Source: an uncultured Chloroflexia bacterium (lineage in GTDB: Bacteria; Chloroflexota; Limnocylindria; Limnocylindrales; CSP1-4). From it: 64,000 nt of DNA. Numbering within the stretch: the stretch's first letter is position 1; each line of letters begins with the position of its first letter. Shown here one piece after another: positions 38,152 through 48,324 of the stretch. A program made the translations under genes and the position numbers. Where the stretch lies: positions 96,001 to 160,000 of the forward strand of contig CAWEZH010000002.1 in the NCBI GenBank assembly GCA_963813535.1. Reading direction: 5' to 3'. The notes below the pieces were generated by a model that made no database searches, was not told where the DNA came from, and worked only from the letters and a program-made list of their open reading frames with translations.

Positions 38152-41037
38152 ATGGGGACGCTAGCCTCGCTCCAGTGCCCGATCCTGGTCGGTCGAGACG
38201 ATCTGCTGCGGATGGCGGATCAGGCCATCGAGGCCGTCGCCGGAGGCGATGGTCGGACCCTGCTGATCGCCGGTGAGGCGGGCATCGGCAAGACGCGCCT
38301 GGTCGATGCGGTGATCCGTCGCGCGAGCAGCGCCGGCTTCGCGTATGCGGGCGGTGACCTCGCGCCGCAGGATGCCGACGTCCCGTTGGCCGTGCTCGGC
38401 GATCTGTTCCGCTCGATGCGGCACGCAGCCCCCTGGGCGGACCTCGGCGAAGAGCTCCTCGCTCGCTGCGCCCAGGCGGCGCGTGCCGGCGACACCTATA
38501 GCCGTGCGCTGGTCGTCGACATCGTCGACCGCATCCGCCCCTACCTCGATCGGCCGACCCTCCTCAAGTTCGAAGACCTCCAATGGGCGGACGATATGAG
38601 CCTCGAGGCGATCGCCGAGCTGGCCCGGTTCAGTGCCGAGCTGCCACTCCTCGTTCTCGGCGTCTATCGACGGGACGAGACACCGCCCGGCGCACCTCTC
38701 CGGGCGTGGCGATCCCGGCTGCTGACCCAGCGACGAGCGGAGGAGTTCGTCCTCCAGCGCTTGTCAGCCGACGACACCGGCACGATGACGACGTTGCTGC
38801 TCGGCTCGGGCATGCCCGCCCCTCGCGAGGTCGTCCAGGCGGTCTACCAACGGTCGGATGGACTGCCGCTCCATGTCGAGGAGCTGATCGGCGGGGCTCG
38901 GGCGCGGGGCCAGGTGGACGCGGAGGTCATCCACACCACGGACGTCCCGAACACGATCGAGGACGCCGTCCGGGCGCGAGCCGCGGAGCGATCGGCGGAA
39001 GCCCAGGCGGTCGCACGCGCCGGGGCGGTGATCGGGCGGTGCTTCGTCCCTGAGGTGCTTGCCGACGTGATGGACCGACCCGCGGGCGAACTGGAGGATG
39101 CCCTGCAGGAGCTCGTCGACCATGGATTCCTGTTCGAGTTCGGGACGGTCGACGCCGGCTACTACGACTTTCGCCATCAGCTGTTGCGAGAGGCGCTCTA
39201 CCGCGCCACGCCGGAGCGCGATCGACGGCAGTACCACGCTCGAGCGGCGGCGTTCGGGGCGACCCTGGAGGGCGCATCCGAGGTCCACGCTTCCCTGCAC
39301 TACGAGCGTGCGGGGCTCTCCGCGGAGGCATACAGGGCGGCGCGAGTCGGTGGCGAGGAGGCTGCTCGCCTATCTGCCCACCGCGAGGCCTTCGAATTGC
39401 TCCGGCGCGCGGTCCGCAACATGCCCGACGGGACGCCGGATCTGGAACGTGCTGAGCTTCTCGAGCGCTACGCGTCCGAGGCCGCTGCCATCGAGGAGAA
39501 CGAGACATCGGAAGCGATGACGTGGGCCGCGCGGGCGGCATATCAAGGGGCGGGCCGACCCGAACTGGCCGCGCTGATGCTGTCCAGCGTCCACACGTTG
39601 TGGCGACGGATGGGTCGACCGCTCAGCGACCGTCGGGCGCTGATCCAGCAGGCCGAGGCCGAGCTTTCGGGCGTGCCGGACGGCCTCGAACTGGAGGAGG
39701 TCCGCCGCGAGCTGACATACGACCGACTCGTGATCGAGGTCGACGCGAACGAGATCGGTGCGGCGCGCCGGACCGGCAAGCCGTTGCTGTCCGCCTTCCA
39801 GGCGGCCGGTGAGGTGGGGTCGATGGCTGCCGTTGCCGTCCGCCTGGCGATGGTCGACATCCTGGCTGGTGACCCCGATGCCGGGCTTGCGACGATGGTT
39901 CGACTCGCAGAGGAGGCGCGCGAGAACCGGGCCGAGGAGACCGGGGTCACGGCGTTCCGGGACACCGCGGTGATGGCGACACGCGTGATGGACTATGCGC
40001 GAGCCGACGAGAGCCTCTCCGAGGGGCTCGTGTACGCGGACTCGATCCAGCAGTCCCACTGCGCCCACGTCATGTCGGCTTTGACCGCCGAGATCGACTG
40101 GGCCGCCGGGCGATGGGACGCCGCGGTGCCGGCGGGCGAACAGGCGATCGCCGACCGCGGCTGCGCACGAGCCCCGAACATGGCCCGCTGGGCGGTCGGG
40201 TACGTGGCCTTCGGGCGCGGAGAGCTCGATCACGCTCGCGGACTCCTCCATGAGGCCCTGGGCTTCGGCGATCAGAGCGAGATGATCGAGTGGCGCCTCC
40301 CGCCGGCCTGGGGGCTTGCCGAGACCGCGCTGCTCGACCACGACGCAAGCGACGCCATCGACCGCTGCGAGGCGGCGCTGACGCTGTGCATCGCGACGGG
40401 AGAGCGGGCGCTGCTCGCACCCTTCGTCGTCACCGGCGTGCGCGCGTACCTGAGCGCGGGCCGACCGGGCGAGGCGGAGCGCTGGCTGGCCCGCTGCGCT
40501 GCGCATCTCGCGCCGACGCCGGCGTTCGGGCGGGCCGCTCTCGACCACGGGGCGGGCTTGGTGGCGCTCGCGTCCGGGTCGACCGGTACGGCACGCACGT
40601 CGCTCGAGGCAGCGGCAGCCGGCTGGGACCGTCACGGTCGACTGTGGGAATCACGATGGGCGAGCCTCGACCTGGCGAATGCCCATATCCGCTCGAACCG
40701 GTTCGCGGCGGCAGTGGCGATCGCAGCGGACGTCCGCGAGACCGCCGACCGACTGTCCTGCCCGAGCCTGCTCGCCGAAGCTGACCGACTTCTCCGCCAG
40801 GCGCGGGGCCGCGTCGCCGTCGATGAGCCGTGGCGCCCACTCACGGCGCGCGAGTTCGAAGTCGCCCGGCTGATCGGCGAAGGGCTGACCAACGCCGAGA
40901 TCGCCGATTCGCTCGGGATCGCGCCGAAGACGGCAAGCTCCCACGTCGAGCACATCCTGGCCAAGCTCGGTGCGTCCCGCCGCACGGAGATCGCAACCTG
41001 GGCGAGCAACGTCGACAGGAGCGCTGCCGCGCACTGA
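38152..41037 (+). CDS. large STAND/AAA ATPase-LuxR transcriptional regulator
   Basis: LVGR, GEAGIGKT Walker A, FEDLQWAD Walker B, GLPL, FRHQLLRE, C-terminal LTAREFEVA..G.TN.EIA HTH. Confidence 0.95.
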   Translation: MGTLASLQCPILVGRDDLLRMADQAIEAVAGGDGRTLLIAGEAGIGKTRLVDAVIRRASSAGFAYAGGDLAPQDADVPLAVLGDLFRSMRHAAPWADLGEELLARCAQAARAGDTYSRALVVDIVDRIRPYLDRPTLLKFEDLQWADDMSLEAIAELARFSAELPLLVLGVYRRDETPPGAPLRAWRSRLLTQRRAEEFVLQRLSADDTGTMTTLLLGSGMPAPREVVQAVYQRSDGLPLHVEELIGGARARGQVDAEVIHTTDVPNTIEDAVRARAAERSAEAQAVARAGAVIGRCFVPEVLADVMDRPAGELEDALQELVDHGFLFEFGTVDAGYYDFRHQLLREALYRATPERDRRQYHARAAAFGATLEGASEVHASLHYERAGLSAEAYRAARVGGEEAARLSAHREAFELLRRAVRNMPDGTPDLERAELLERYASEAAAIEENETSEAMTWAARAAYQGAGRPELAALMLSSVHTLWRRMGRPLSDRRALIQQAEAELSGVPDGLELEEVRRELTYDRLVIEVDANEIGAARRTGKPLLSAFQAAGEVGSMAAVAVRLAMVDILAGDPDAGLATMVRLAEEARENRAEETGVTAFRDTAVMATRVMDYARADESLSEGLVYADSIQQSHCAHVMSALTAEIDWAAGRWDAAVPAGEQAIADRGCARAPNMARWAVGYVAFGRGELDHARGLLHEALGFGDQSEMIEWRLPPAWGLAETALLDHDASDAIDRCEAALTLCIATGERALLAPFVVTGVRAYLSAGRPGEAERWLARCAAHLAPTPAFGRAALDHGAGLVALASGSTGTARTSLEAAAAGWDRHGRLWESRWASLDLANAHIRSNRFAAAVAIAADVRETADRLSCPSLLAEADRLLRQARGRVAVDEPWRPLTAREFEVARLIGEGLTNAEIADSLGIAPKTASSHVEHILAKLGASRRTEIATWASNVDRSAAAH

Positions 41038-41152
41038 CCGAACAGCGGCTACCGACCCGCAACCGAGGGCGTCCGAACGGCGACGGTACAATCTCGGGGC
41101 CCTGATGACCTCGAGCGGGTCGTCCGCCCGCCACCCCCGGAGGCCCGTCCCG

Positions 41153-43945
41153 ATGACCACGACCACGCCCTCTCCGGCTACGGCCGACCGCTCCCACACG
41201 GCGGCCAAGCGCTACATCTATGCCTGGGGTGAGGGCACGGCCGAGGGCAACGCGGGCATGCGCGACCTCCTCGGCGGGAAGGGCGCAGGCCTGGCCGAGA
41301 TGACCATCGCCGGTCTCCCGACCCCGCCCGGTTTCACGATCACGACCGAAGCCTGCAACGACTACTTCGCCAACGGGGAGCGTCTGCCCGACGGCCTGTG
41401 GGACGACGTGCTCGAGGCGGTCAAGGAGGTCGAGCGGCGGACCGGCAAGGGCTTCGGCGACCCCTCGAACCCACTCCTCGTGAGTGTTCGCTCGGGCGCC
41501 AAGTTCTCGATGCCCGGGATGATGGACACGGTCCTGAACCTCGGCTTGAACGAGCAGACGCTGCAGGGCCTCATCGGGCTCACGAACAACGAGCGGTTCG
41601 GCTGGGACGCGTACCGCCGGTTCATCCAGATGTTCGGTCGCATCGTGATGGAGGTCAGCGGCGAGCGCTTCGACCATGCCCTCGACGAAGCCAAGGCGAG
41701 TCACGGTGCGAAGCAGGACACCGACCTCGACGCCGCGGCCCTCAAGGCCCTCGTCGGCGAGTTCAAGTCGATCGTCAAGGCCGACACGGGTCGGGACTTC
41801 CCGGACGACCCCGACGAGCAGCTCGACCTCGCGATCAAGGCGGTGTTCGCGAGCTGGTTCGGCAAGCGCGCCCGCGACTACCGCAAGAACCAGGCCATCC
41901 CCGACGACCTCGGCACCGCCGTCAACGTCGTGACGATGGTGTTCGGGAACATGGGCGACGACTCCGGCACGGGCGTCGCGTTCACGCGCGACCCGAACAC
42001 CGGCGAGAAGGTGCTCTTCGGCGAGTACCTGACCAACGCCCAGGGGGAGGATGTCGTGGCCGGCATCCGGACCGCGCCGAAGATCGCGCAGATGCAGACC
42101 GACATGCCCGAGGTCTACGCCGAGTTCCAGCGCATCGGTCAGCAACTCGAGGCGCACTACCGGGACGTGCAGGACCTCGAGTTCACCATCGAGCGCGGCC
42201 GCCTGTACATGCTCCAGACACGGTCCGCGAAGCGGACGGCGGCCGCGGCTGTGCGCATCGCCGCGGACATGGTCGAGGACGGCACGATCACCAAGGAGGA
42301 AGCGATCGCCCGGATCGAGCCCGGCCACGTCGACCAGCTGCTGCGCGACCAGTTCGACCAGGCCGGGCTGCAGGCCGCGACCCGCATCGCCAAGGGTCTC
42401 AATGCCTCACCGGGCGCGGCGGTCGGTCGCGCCGTGTTCAGTGCCGACACCGCCGTGGAGTGGGTCGAGAAGGGCGAGAAGGTCATCCTCGTCCGTATCG
42501 AGACGTCGCCCGACGACTTCCACGGCATGGCCGTCGCCCAGGGCATCCTCACCGCCCGTGGTGGAGCCACCAGCCACGCCGCCGTGGTGGCACGCCAGAT
42601 CGGCAAGCCGTGCGTCGCCGGTTGCGCCGAGCTCGTCATCGACTACGCCATGAAGACCGCCCGCAGCTCGGACAGCGGCGTCTCGTTCAAGGAAGGCGAC
42701 TCGATCAGCCTCGACGGCGCGACGGGGACGGTCTACGAGGGTGCGATCCCCACGGTCAGTGCACGGTTCGAGGATCAGCCCGAGCTACAGAAGATCCTCG
42801 GCTGGGCCGACGAGATCCGGCGCATGGGCGTCTGGACCAACGCCGACAAGCCCGAGGAGGCGGCCCAGGCGCGCGGCTACGGGGCCGAGGGCATCGGCCT
42901 CTGTCGGACCGAGCACATGTTCCGCGAGGGGGAGCGGCTCGACATCGTCCGGGGCGCGATCCTGGTCGCCAGCCAGGCCACCCGGGCGAAGGCCAAGCTG
43001 ACCGCCGGCGACTCGCTCGATGCGGACGAGCGCGAGGCGATCGCCACGTTCGACGCGGCCATGGCCAAGCTCGAAGTGCTCCAGCAAGGCGACTTCGAGG
43101 GCATCTTCAAGGCGATGGACGGCCTGCCGGTCGTCATCCGCCTGATCGACCCACCCCTCCATGAGTTCCTGCCCAACCTCGAGGACCAGCTCGTCAAGGT
43201 CACCAGAGCGGAGTCGACCGGCGGCGCGAGCCAGGCGGACAAGGAGCTCCTCGCGACCATCAGATCGTTGCACGAGCAGAACCCGATGCTCGGGTTGCGC
43301 GGGGTGCGCCTGGGCCTGACGATCCCGGACTTCGTGAAGGTCCAGACACGGGCGATCCTCAATGCCCAGATCGCGGTCAAGCGCGCCGGTGGCAACCCGA
43401 TCGCCAAGATCATGATCCCGCTGGTCGGTCACCCGAATGAGCTGCGGCGCACCAAGGAGCTGCTCGAAGCCGAGGTCGAAGCGGTCGAAGCCGCCGCGGG
43501 CGGCGTCGATGTCGACTACAAGTTCGGCACGATGATCGAGGTCCCACGTGGTGCGCTCGTCGCGGACGAGATCGCCAAGGATGCCGCGTTCTTCAGCTTC
43601 GGCACGAACGACCTGACCCAGATGACGTTCGGCTACAGTCGGGACGACGCCGAGGGCGGCTTCCTGCTCAAGTACGTCGAAGACGGCATCCTGCCGGTCA
43701 ACCCGTTCCAGACGCTCGACGACGCGGTCGCCGGCCTGATGCAGGTCGCCGTGGACAAGGGTCGGGCGACGCGCCCGGACCTCGAGATCGGCATCTGCGG
43801 GGAGCATGGCGGCGACCCGGCCTCGATCTTCAAGTGCGAGAAGCTCGGCCTCGACTACGTCTCCTGCTCACCGTTCCGTGTCCCCGTCGCGAGGCTTGCC
43901 GCCGCCCAGGCCGCCCTCACCACGGCCGCCGAACGCGACAAATAG
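41153..43945 (+). CDS. ppdK: pyruvate, phosphate dikinase
   Basis: LLGGKGA, SVRSGA..SMPGMMDT, GGATSHAAVVAR, GIGLCRTEHM, SFGTNDLTQ, GICGEHGG. Confidence 0.99.
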   Translation: MTTTTPSPATADRSHTAAKRYIYAWGEGTAEGNAGMRDLLGGKGAGLAEMTIAGLPTPPGFTITTEACNDYFANGERLPDGLWDDVLEAVKEVERRTGKGFGDPSNPLLVSVRSGAKFSMPGMMDTVLNLGLNEQTLQGLIGLTNNERFGWDAYRRFIQMFGRIVMEVSGERFDHALDEAKASHGAKQDTDLDAAALKALVGEFKSIVKADTGRDFPDDPDEQLDLAIKAVFASWFGKRARDYRKNQAIPDDLGTAVNVVTMVFGNMGDDSGTGVAFTRDPNTGEKVLFGEYLTNAQGEDVVAGIRTAPKIAQMQTDMPEVYAEFQRIGQQLEAHYRDVQDLEFTIERGRLYMLQTRSAKRTAAAAVRIAADMVEDGTITKEEAIARIEPGHVDQLLRDQFDQAGLQAATRIAKGLNASPGAAVGRAVFSADTAVEWVEKGEKVILVRIETSPDDFHGMAVAQGILTARGGATSHAAVVARQIGKPCVAGCAELVIDYAMKTARSSDSGVSFKEGDSISLDGATGTVYEGAIPTVSARFEDQPELQKILGWADEIRRMGVWTNADKPEEAAQARGYGAEGIGLCRTEHMFREGERLDIVRGAILVASQATRAKAKLTAGDSLDADEREAIATFDAAMAKLEVLQQGDFEGIFKAMDGLPVVIRLIDPPLHEFLPNLEDQLVKVTRAESTGGASQADKELLATIRSLHEQNPMLGLRGVRLGLTIPDFVKVQTRAILNAQIAVKRAGGNPIAKIMIPLVGHPNELRRTKELLEAEVEAVEAAAGGVDVDYKFGTMIEVPRGALVADEIAKDAAFFSFGTNDLTQMTFGYSRDDAEGGFLLKYVEDGILPVNPFQTLDDAVAGLMQVAVDKGRATRPDLEIGICGEHGGDPASIFKCEKLGLDYVSCSPFRVPVARLAAAQAALTTAAERDK

Positions 43946-43957
43946 CGACAAATAGCG
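43935..43957 (+). repeat. 10-bp tandem duplication over the ppdK stop codon
   Basis: GCGACAAATA GCGACAAATA GCG. Confidence 0.85.
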
Positions 43958-44075
43958 CTGTTCTCGGCCCTGTCGGCCGATTCTCGGAAATGCCTCGATG
44001 CACCAGTGTGGATAGAAAGGGGTTGCAACGGGACTGTCCGGTGTAGTCTAGTGACGCACAGGGGGCGAGAGCAGC

Positions 44076-44702
44076 GTGCAGGTCGACATCGAACAGTACA
44101 TCTACGCACTGCGAGCAGGGATCGGCATGGTGCCGCCGGTCCTGTGGGCCATCGTGTTGCTGGGGGGACCCACTGCGGGATGGCTCCTGTACCAATTCGT
44201 GGTGCAACCCCGCACCGCGCGGATGCGGGGCTCGGACCGCTCCGCGATGTGGGTATGCCATAGCTGCCGGTCGGTCAACGACTTGCGCATGCCGCGCTGC
44301 TATCGCTGCGACGCCGCACCCGACGAGGAAGCCCTCGAAGTCATCAATTCGCGCCCGACCGGTCCGATCCCGCTCTCCCCGGTCGGCCCGGGGCTCGACC
44401 TCGGCGGATCGCCGACCTCCCTGCCGCGGCCGATCTCCCGGATCGAGCGAGCCGAAGAGGTGTGGGTCGAGGACGAGGAGTGGCACGGGGAGGTGGTCCA
44501 GCGCGAAGCTGCGGCACTCCCCGAAGTGGCCGCGATGACCGAGGTCGGCCAGGCATCCAACGGTCGATGGTCCGCCCGACCCCCCGGACCGATCCCCGTC
44601 GGCCCCGGCCGCCCGGCCGTCGCGCGACCCGCTGTGGCACGACCGCGACGCGCCGTCGTCGCGGGTTCCGTACCGGATCCTGACGACTCGCCCGCGGCGT
44701 GA
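44076..44702 (+). CDS. membrane-anchored RanBP2-type zinc-finger protein
   Basis: TM segment, then WVCHSCRSVNDLRMPRCYRC (W-x-C-x2-C-x3-N-x6-C-x2-C) and a low-complexity tail. Confidence 0.72.
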   Translation: MQVDIEQYIYALRAGIGMVPPVLWAIVLLGGPTAGWLLYQFVVQPRTARMRGSDRSAMWVCHSCRSVNDLRMPRCYRCDAAPDEEALEVINSRPTGPIPLSPVGPGLDLGGSPTSLPRPISRIERAEEVWVEDEEWHGEVVQREAAALPEVAAMTEVGQASNGRWSARPPGPIPVGPGRPAVARPAVARPRRAVVAGSVPDPDDSPAA

Positions 44703-46084
44703 CCGCCGCCCCCGCTGAGCGGACCCGTCACCGGGTCCTGATCGTCGGCGGGGGATTCGCCGGGCTCTACGCGGCCCGAAACCTCAAGAGCGACCCCGAG
44801 GTCGCGGTCACCCTGCTCGACCGGCGCAACTTTCACCTGTTCCAGCCGATGCTCTACCAGGTCGCGACCGGCGCGCTCTCGCCGGCCGACATCGCGCAGC
44901 CCCTGCGCGCGGTCTTGTCGCGGCAGCGGAACGCGACGGTCATCCTCGGCGAGGCGATCGGCATCGACGTCGACAAGCGCGAGGTCCAGGTCTCCGACGG
45001 CGGCCCGATCCGGTACGACACGCTCATCGTGGCGACCGGTGCCCATCACACGTTCTTCGGGCACGACGACTGGGCCCAGCACGCACAGGGGCTCAAGACG
45101 CTCGAGGACGCGATCGAGATCCGGCGACGCATCCTCATCGCCTTCGAGGCCGCGGAACGGGAAGCCGATCCGGAACGGCGTCGCGAGTGGATGACTTTCG
45201 TGCTGGTCGGTGGCGGGCCGACGGGAGTAGAACTCGGGGGCTCGCTCGGCGAGATCGCCCGTGACACGCTCCGACGCGACTTCCGGGCGATCGACCCGTC
45301 GGATGCGCGGATCATCCTCATCGAGGCGATGGATCGCCTACTGCCGACCTTCCCGCCCGGTCGATCCGCCTCGGCGCGGCGCCAGCTCGAGCGACTCGGC
45401 GTCGAGGTGCGCACCGGCATGACCGTGACCCACATCGACGGCAGCAGCGTTCGGGTCCGCCCGACCGCCGACAAGGAGGCGGCCGAGGAGACCATTCCCA
45501 CGCGGACCGTCCTCTGGGGCGCCGGCGTCATCGCCTCGTCGTTCGCCCGCAAGGTGGCCACCGCGGCCGGCGCCGAGACCGACCGCGTGGGCCGTGTCCT
45601 GGTGGAGCCCGACCTGACCCTGCCCGGCCATCCGGAGATCTTCGTGGTCGGCGACGCGGCGGTGCAGCCCTGGAAGGAGGGGCGGCCGACCCCGGGCGTC
45701 GCCCAGGGCGGCATCCAGGGCGGATCGTATGCCGCCAAGGTCATCCGCCGCCGCATCCTCGGCCGCCCGTACGAGCCGTATCGCTACAGCAACCATGGCG
45801 ACGTCGCGGTCATCGGCCGCCTGTCGGGCGTGACCGATATCCCGTGGATGGGACCGTTCGGCCAGCAGGGCGGCTTCACGGCCTGGTTGCTGTGGATCGG
45901 CATCCACATCGCCTATCTGATCGGGTTCGCCAACCGTCTCGTCGTGCTCGTCCGCTGGGCGGGGTCGTTCTTCACGCACGGCCGCGGATCCCGCCTGATC
46001 ACGGCCGGCACGCTGCTACCCCCGATCGAGGAACCCGAACCGCCGATGATGCCGCCGCCGGAAGACGACGGGGCGGCGTCGTAG
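44699..46084 (+). CDS. ndh: type II NADH dehydrogenase family flavoprotein
   Basis: GGGFAG, FQPMLYQVATG, GGGPTGVE, FVVGD, VAQ, C-terminal membrane anchor. Confidence 0.92.
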   Translation: MTAAPAERTRHRVLIVGGGFAGLYAARNLKSDPEVAVTLLDRRNFHLFQPMLYQVATGALSPADIAQPLRAVLSRQRNATVILGEAIGIDVDKREVQVSDGGPIRYDTLIVATGAHHTFFGHDDWAQHAQGLKTLEDAIEIRRRILIAFEAAEREADPERRREWMTFVLVGGGPTGVELGGSLGEIARDTLRRDFRAIDPSDARIILIEAMDRLLPTFPPGRSASARRQLERLGVEVRTGMTVTHIDGSSVRVRPTADKEAAEETIPTRTVLWGAGVIASSFARKVATAAGAETDRVGRVLVEPDLTLPGHPEIFVVGDAAVQPWKEGRPTPGVAQGGIQGGSYAAKVIRRRILGRPYEPYRYSNHGDVAVIGRLSGVTDIPWMGPFGQQGGFTAWLLWIGIHIAYLIGFANRLVVLVRWAGSFFTHGRGSRLITAGTLLPPIEEPEPPMMPPPEDDGAAS

Positions 46085-46103
46085 CCAGGTCAAGGCCGGG
46101 CTT

Positions 46104-46135
46104 GAGCCCGGGTCGACACGGCTCGGGCTCCGTTT
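46104..46135 (+). terminator. GC-rich hairpin after ndh
   Basis: GAGCCCGGGTCG-ACA-CGGCTCGGGCTC (with G-U pairs) and a short T run. Confidence 0.5.
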
Positions 46136-46138
46136 CGG

Positions 46139-46297
46139 GTGATGCATATTTCCCGGACTCGGCCGACGGATCCGTCGTTCCGGTGATGACCCCAGGGGCC
46201 GCATCGCTGACGCGTGGCCCCGCGTGGCCCGCGGCGTGATGCGGGCCAGGGTCATCACGACGTCAGGGTCCGGCCGCCCGTCCGGGAATATGCATCA
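46139..46297. repeat. nested-palindrome repeat family, copy A
   Basis: GTGATGCATATTTCCCGGAC...GTGATGACCCCAGGGGCCGCATC...GATGCGGGCCAGGGTCATCAC...GTCCGGGAATATGCATCA. Confidence 0.88.
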
Positions 46298-47409
46298 GAA
46301 CTCGATCACCTGGCGGACGAACCGGCCCTCGCGCATCGCCGCGAACGCATCCTCGACATCGTCGAGGCCGATGCGGCGGTCGATCAGCGCACCCACCGGT
46401 AGCGTCCCGTCCAGCGTCCAGCCGGCATACCGCGGGAAGTCGATCGCCGGCTCCGCAGAGCCGTAGTTCGAGCCGATGATCCGGCGCGCGCCATCGACGA
46501 ACGGGTAGACCTCGAAGGCGGCTCGCTCGCCGATCGGTGTCATGCCGACGAGCACGGCCGTCCCGCCGACCGGCAGGGCGGCGATGGCGAGCTCCACGGT
46601 CGATGGACGGCCGATCGCTTCGAAGACGAAGTCGGGGCCGCCGTCGGTCAGGTCGCGCAAGGCCTCGGCCGTCGACACCGGGGTCACCGTCGGCGAGCAA
46701 TCCATCGGTCGCGCCGACCGCCCTGGCCGCATCGAGCTTCGCCGCCATCCGGTCGATCGCCACGATCCGAGACGCGCCGGCGACCACGGCACCCATCACG
46801 CACGACAGCCCGACGCCGCCCAGGCCGATCACGGCCACCGATGCGCCCGCTCGGGACCGCGGCCGTCTTCAGCACCGCCCCGACGCCGGTCGTCACGCAG
46901 CATCCGATGAGTGCCGCCGCCCCAGGGTCGACGCCGTCGGGGAGTGGGATCGCCGCCGCGGCCGGCACGACCGATGCCTCGGCCATCGTGGCGATCGCGC
47001 AGTACGACCGGACGCCGCGGAACGCCGTCTCGCCGTCGAGCAGCGCGTGCCGGTACGACGGGGAGTCGGGACATTCCCAGATCCGACCGCGCCGGCACGA
47101 CCGGCAGACCCCGCACGGGATCAGCCATGCCAGCGCGACCAGCTCGCCGACCCGTGGCGACGTCACGCCCGGCCCGACCGCCTCGACCACCCCGGCACCC
47201 TCGTGGCCCATCACGATCGGCGTCGGTCGATCCCACTCGCCGTCGCGGACGTGCAGGTCGGAATGGCACACGCCGGACGCGAGCATCCGCACGCGCACCT
47301 CGCCGACGCGTGGCTCGATGAGCTCGAGCTCGCGGATCTCGACCGGTCGACCGACCTCGGTCAGGACGGCCGCTCGGACGGTCGCTCGGACGCCGGGCAG
47401 GGGTGGCAC
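46295..47409 (-). CDS. Zn-dependent alcohol dehydrogenase, two +1 frameshifts (~46845, ~46685)
   Basis: GVCHSD, GHEGAG, CxxCxxC structural Zn site, GCCVTTG, GLGGVG, FEAIG spread over three successive frames. Confidence 0.9.
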
Positions 47410-47429
47410 ACCGCCAGTATCGTTGCCGG

Positions 47430-48278
47430 ATGGACCCCATGCCCCCCGGTTTCCGGTGGCCCGACGGCTACCGCGCGGCCGCGATGTTCACTTTCGATGT
47501 CGACGCCGAGGCGGTCATGCTGACCGACCACCCCGAGGTCGTCGACTACCTCGACGTCATCGGTCATCAGCGGTACGGGCCACAGGTCGCGGTGCCTCGA
47601 CTGCTCCGGATGCTCGACCGACGCAAACTGCGGACGACGTTCTTCGTCCCGGGCTGGGTCGCGGAAACGTGGCCCGATGTCGCTCGCTCGATCCGCGATG
47701 CCGGTCACGAGATCGGCCATCACGGCTACATGCACGAGAGCGTGCGCGGCAAGGACGAGGCGACCGAGGCGGGCTACCTCACGCGGGGGCTCGAGGCGCT
47801 CGACTCCGTCCTCGGCATCCGGCCGATCGGCTATCGAGCACCCTCCTGCGACATGAACTTCCGGACGCCCGACCTGCTCGCCAAGCACGGATTCACGTAC
47901 AGCTCCGGGATGATGGATTCGGACCATCCGTACAAGTGGGCATCCGGTCTCATCGAGCTGCCGATGCACTGGAGCCTCGACGACTGGAACCGGTACAACT
48001 ACGTCCCGGGCTATGCGGCATCGCCGATCCTGCGGCCGAGCGAGGTCTGCGCCGGGTGGGCGGAGGAGCTCGACGCGATCGTCGAGGTCGGCGGGCTGTT
48101 CGACCTGACGATGCATCCGTTCATCAGCGGTCGACCGGCCCGTGCGGCGGCGCTCGAGCAGCTGATCGAACGCGCGCAGTCGATGGACGGCGTGTGGGTC
48201 GCGGCGGGCGATGAGATCGCCGCCTGGGTCGCCGGCCTGGACCTGCCCGGGGTCACCCACGAGCCGCCGGTCGTCTAG
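47430..48278 (+). CDS. polysaccharide deacetylase (PuuE/PgdA-like)
   Basis: TFDVD, TFFVPG, HEIGHHGY.H, GYRAP, YSS, TMHP. Confidence 0.92.
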   Translation: MDPMPPGFRWPDGYRAAAMFTFDVDAEAVMLTDHPEVVDYLDVIGHQRYGPQVAVPRLLRMLDRRKLRTTFFVPGWVAETWPDVARSIRDAGHEIGHHGYMHESVRGKDEATEAGYLTRGLEALDSVLGIRPIGYRAPSCDMNFRTPDLLAKHGFTYSSGMMDSDHPYKWASGLIELPMHWSLDDWNRYNYVPGYAASPILRPSEVCAGWAEELDAIVEVGGLFDLTMHPFISGRPARAAALEQLIERAQSMDGVWVAAGDEIAAWVAGLDLPGVTHEPPVV

Positions 48279-48324
48279 CGGTCGACACGCGGCACGTCGC
48301 GGCCGTCCTGCTGATCGTCCTCGG

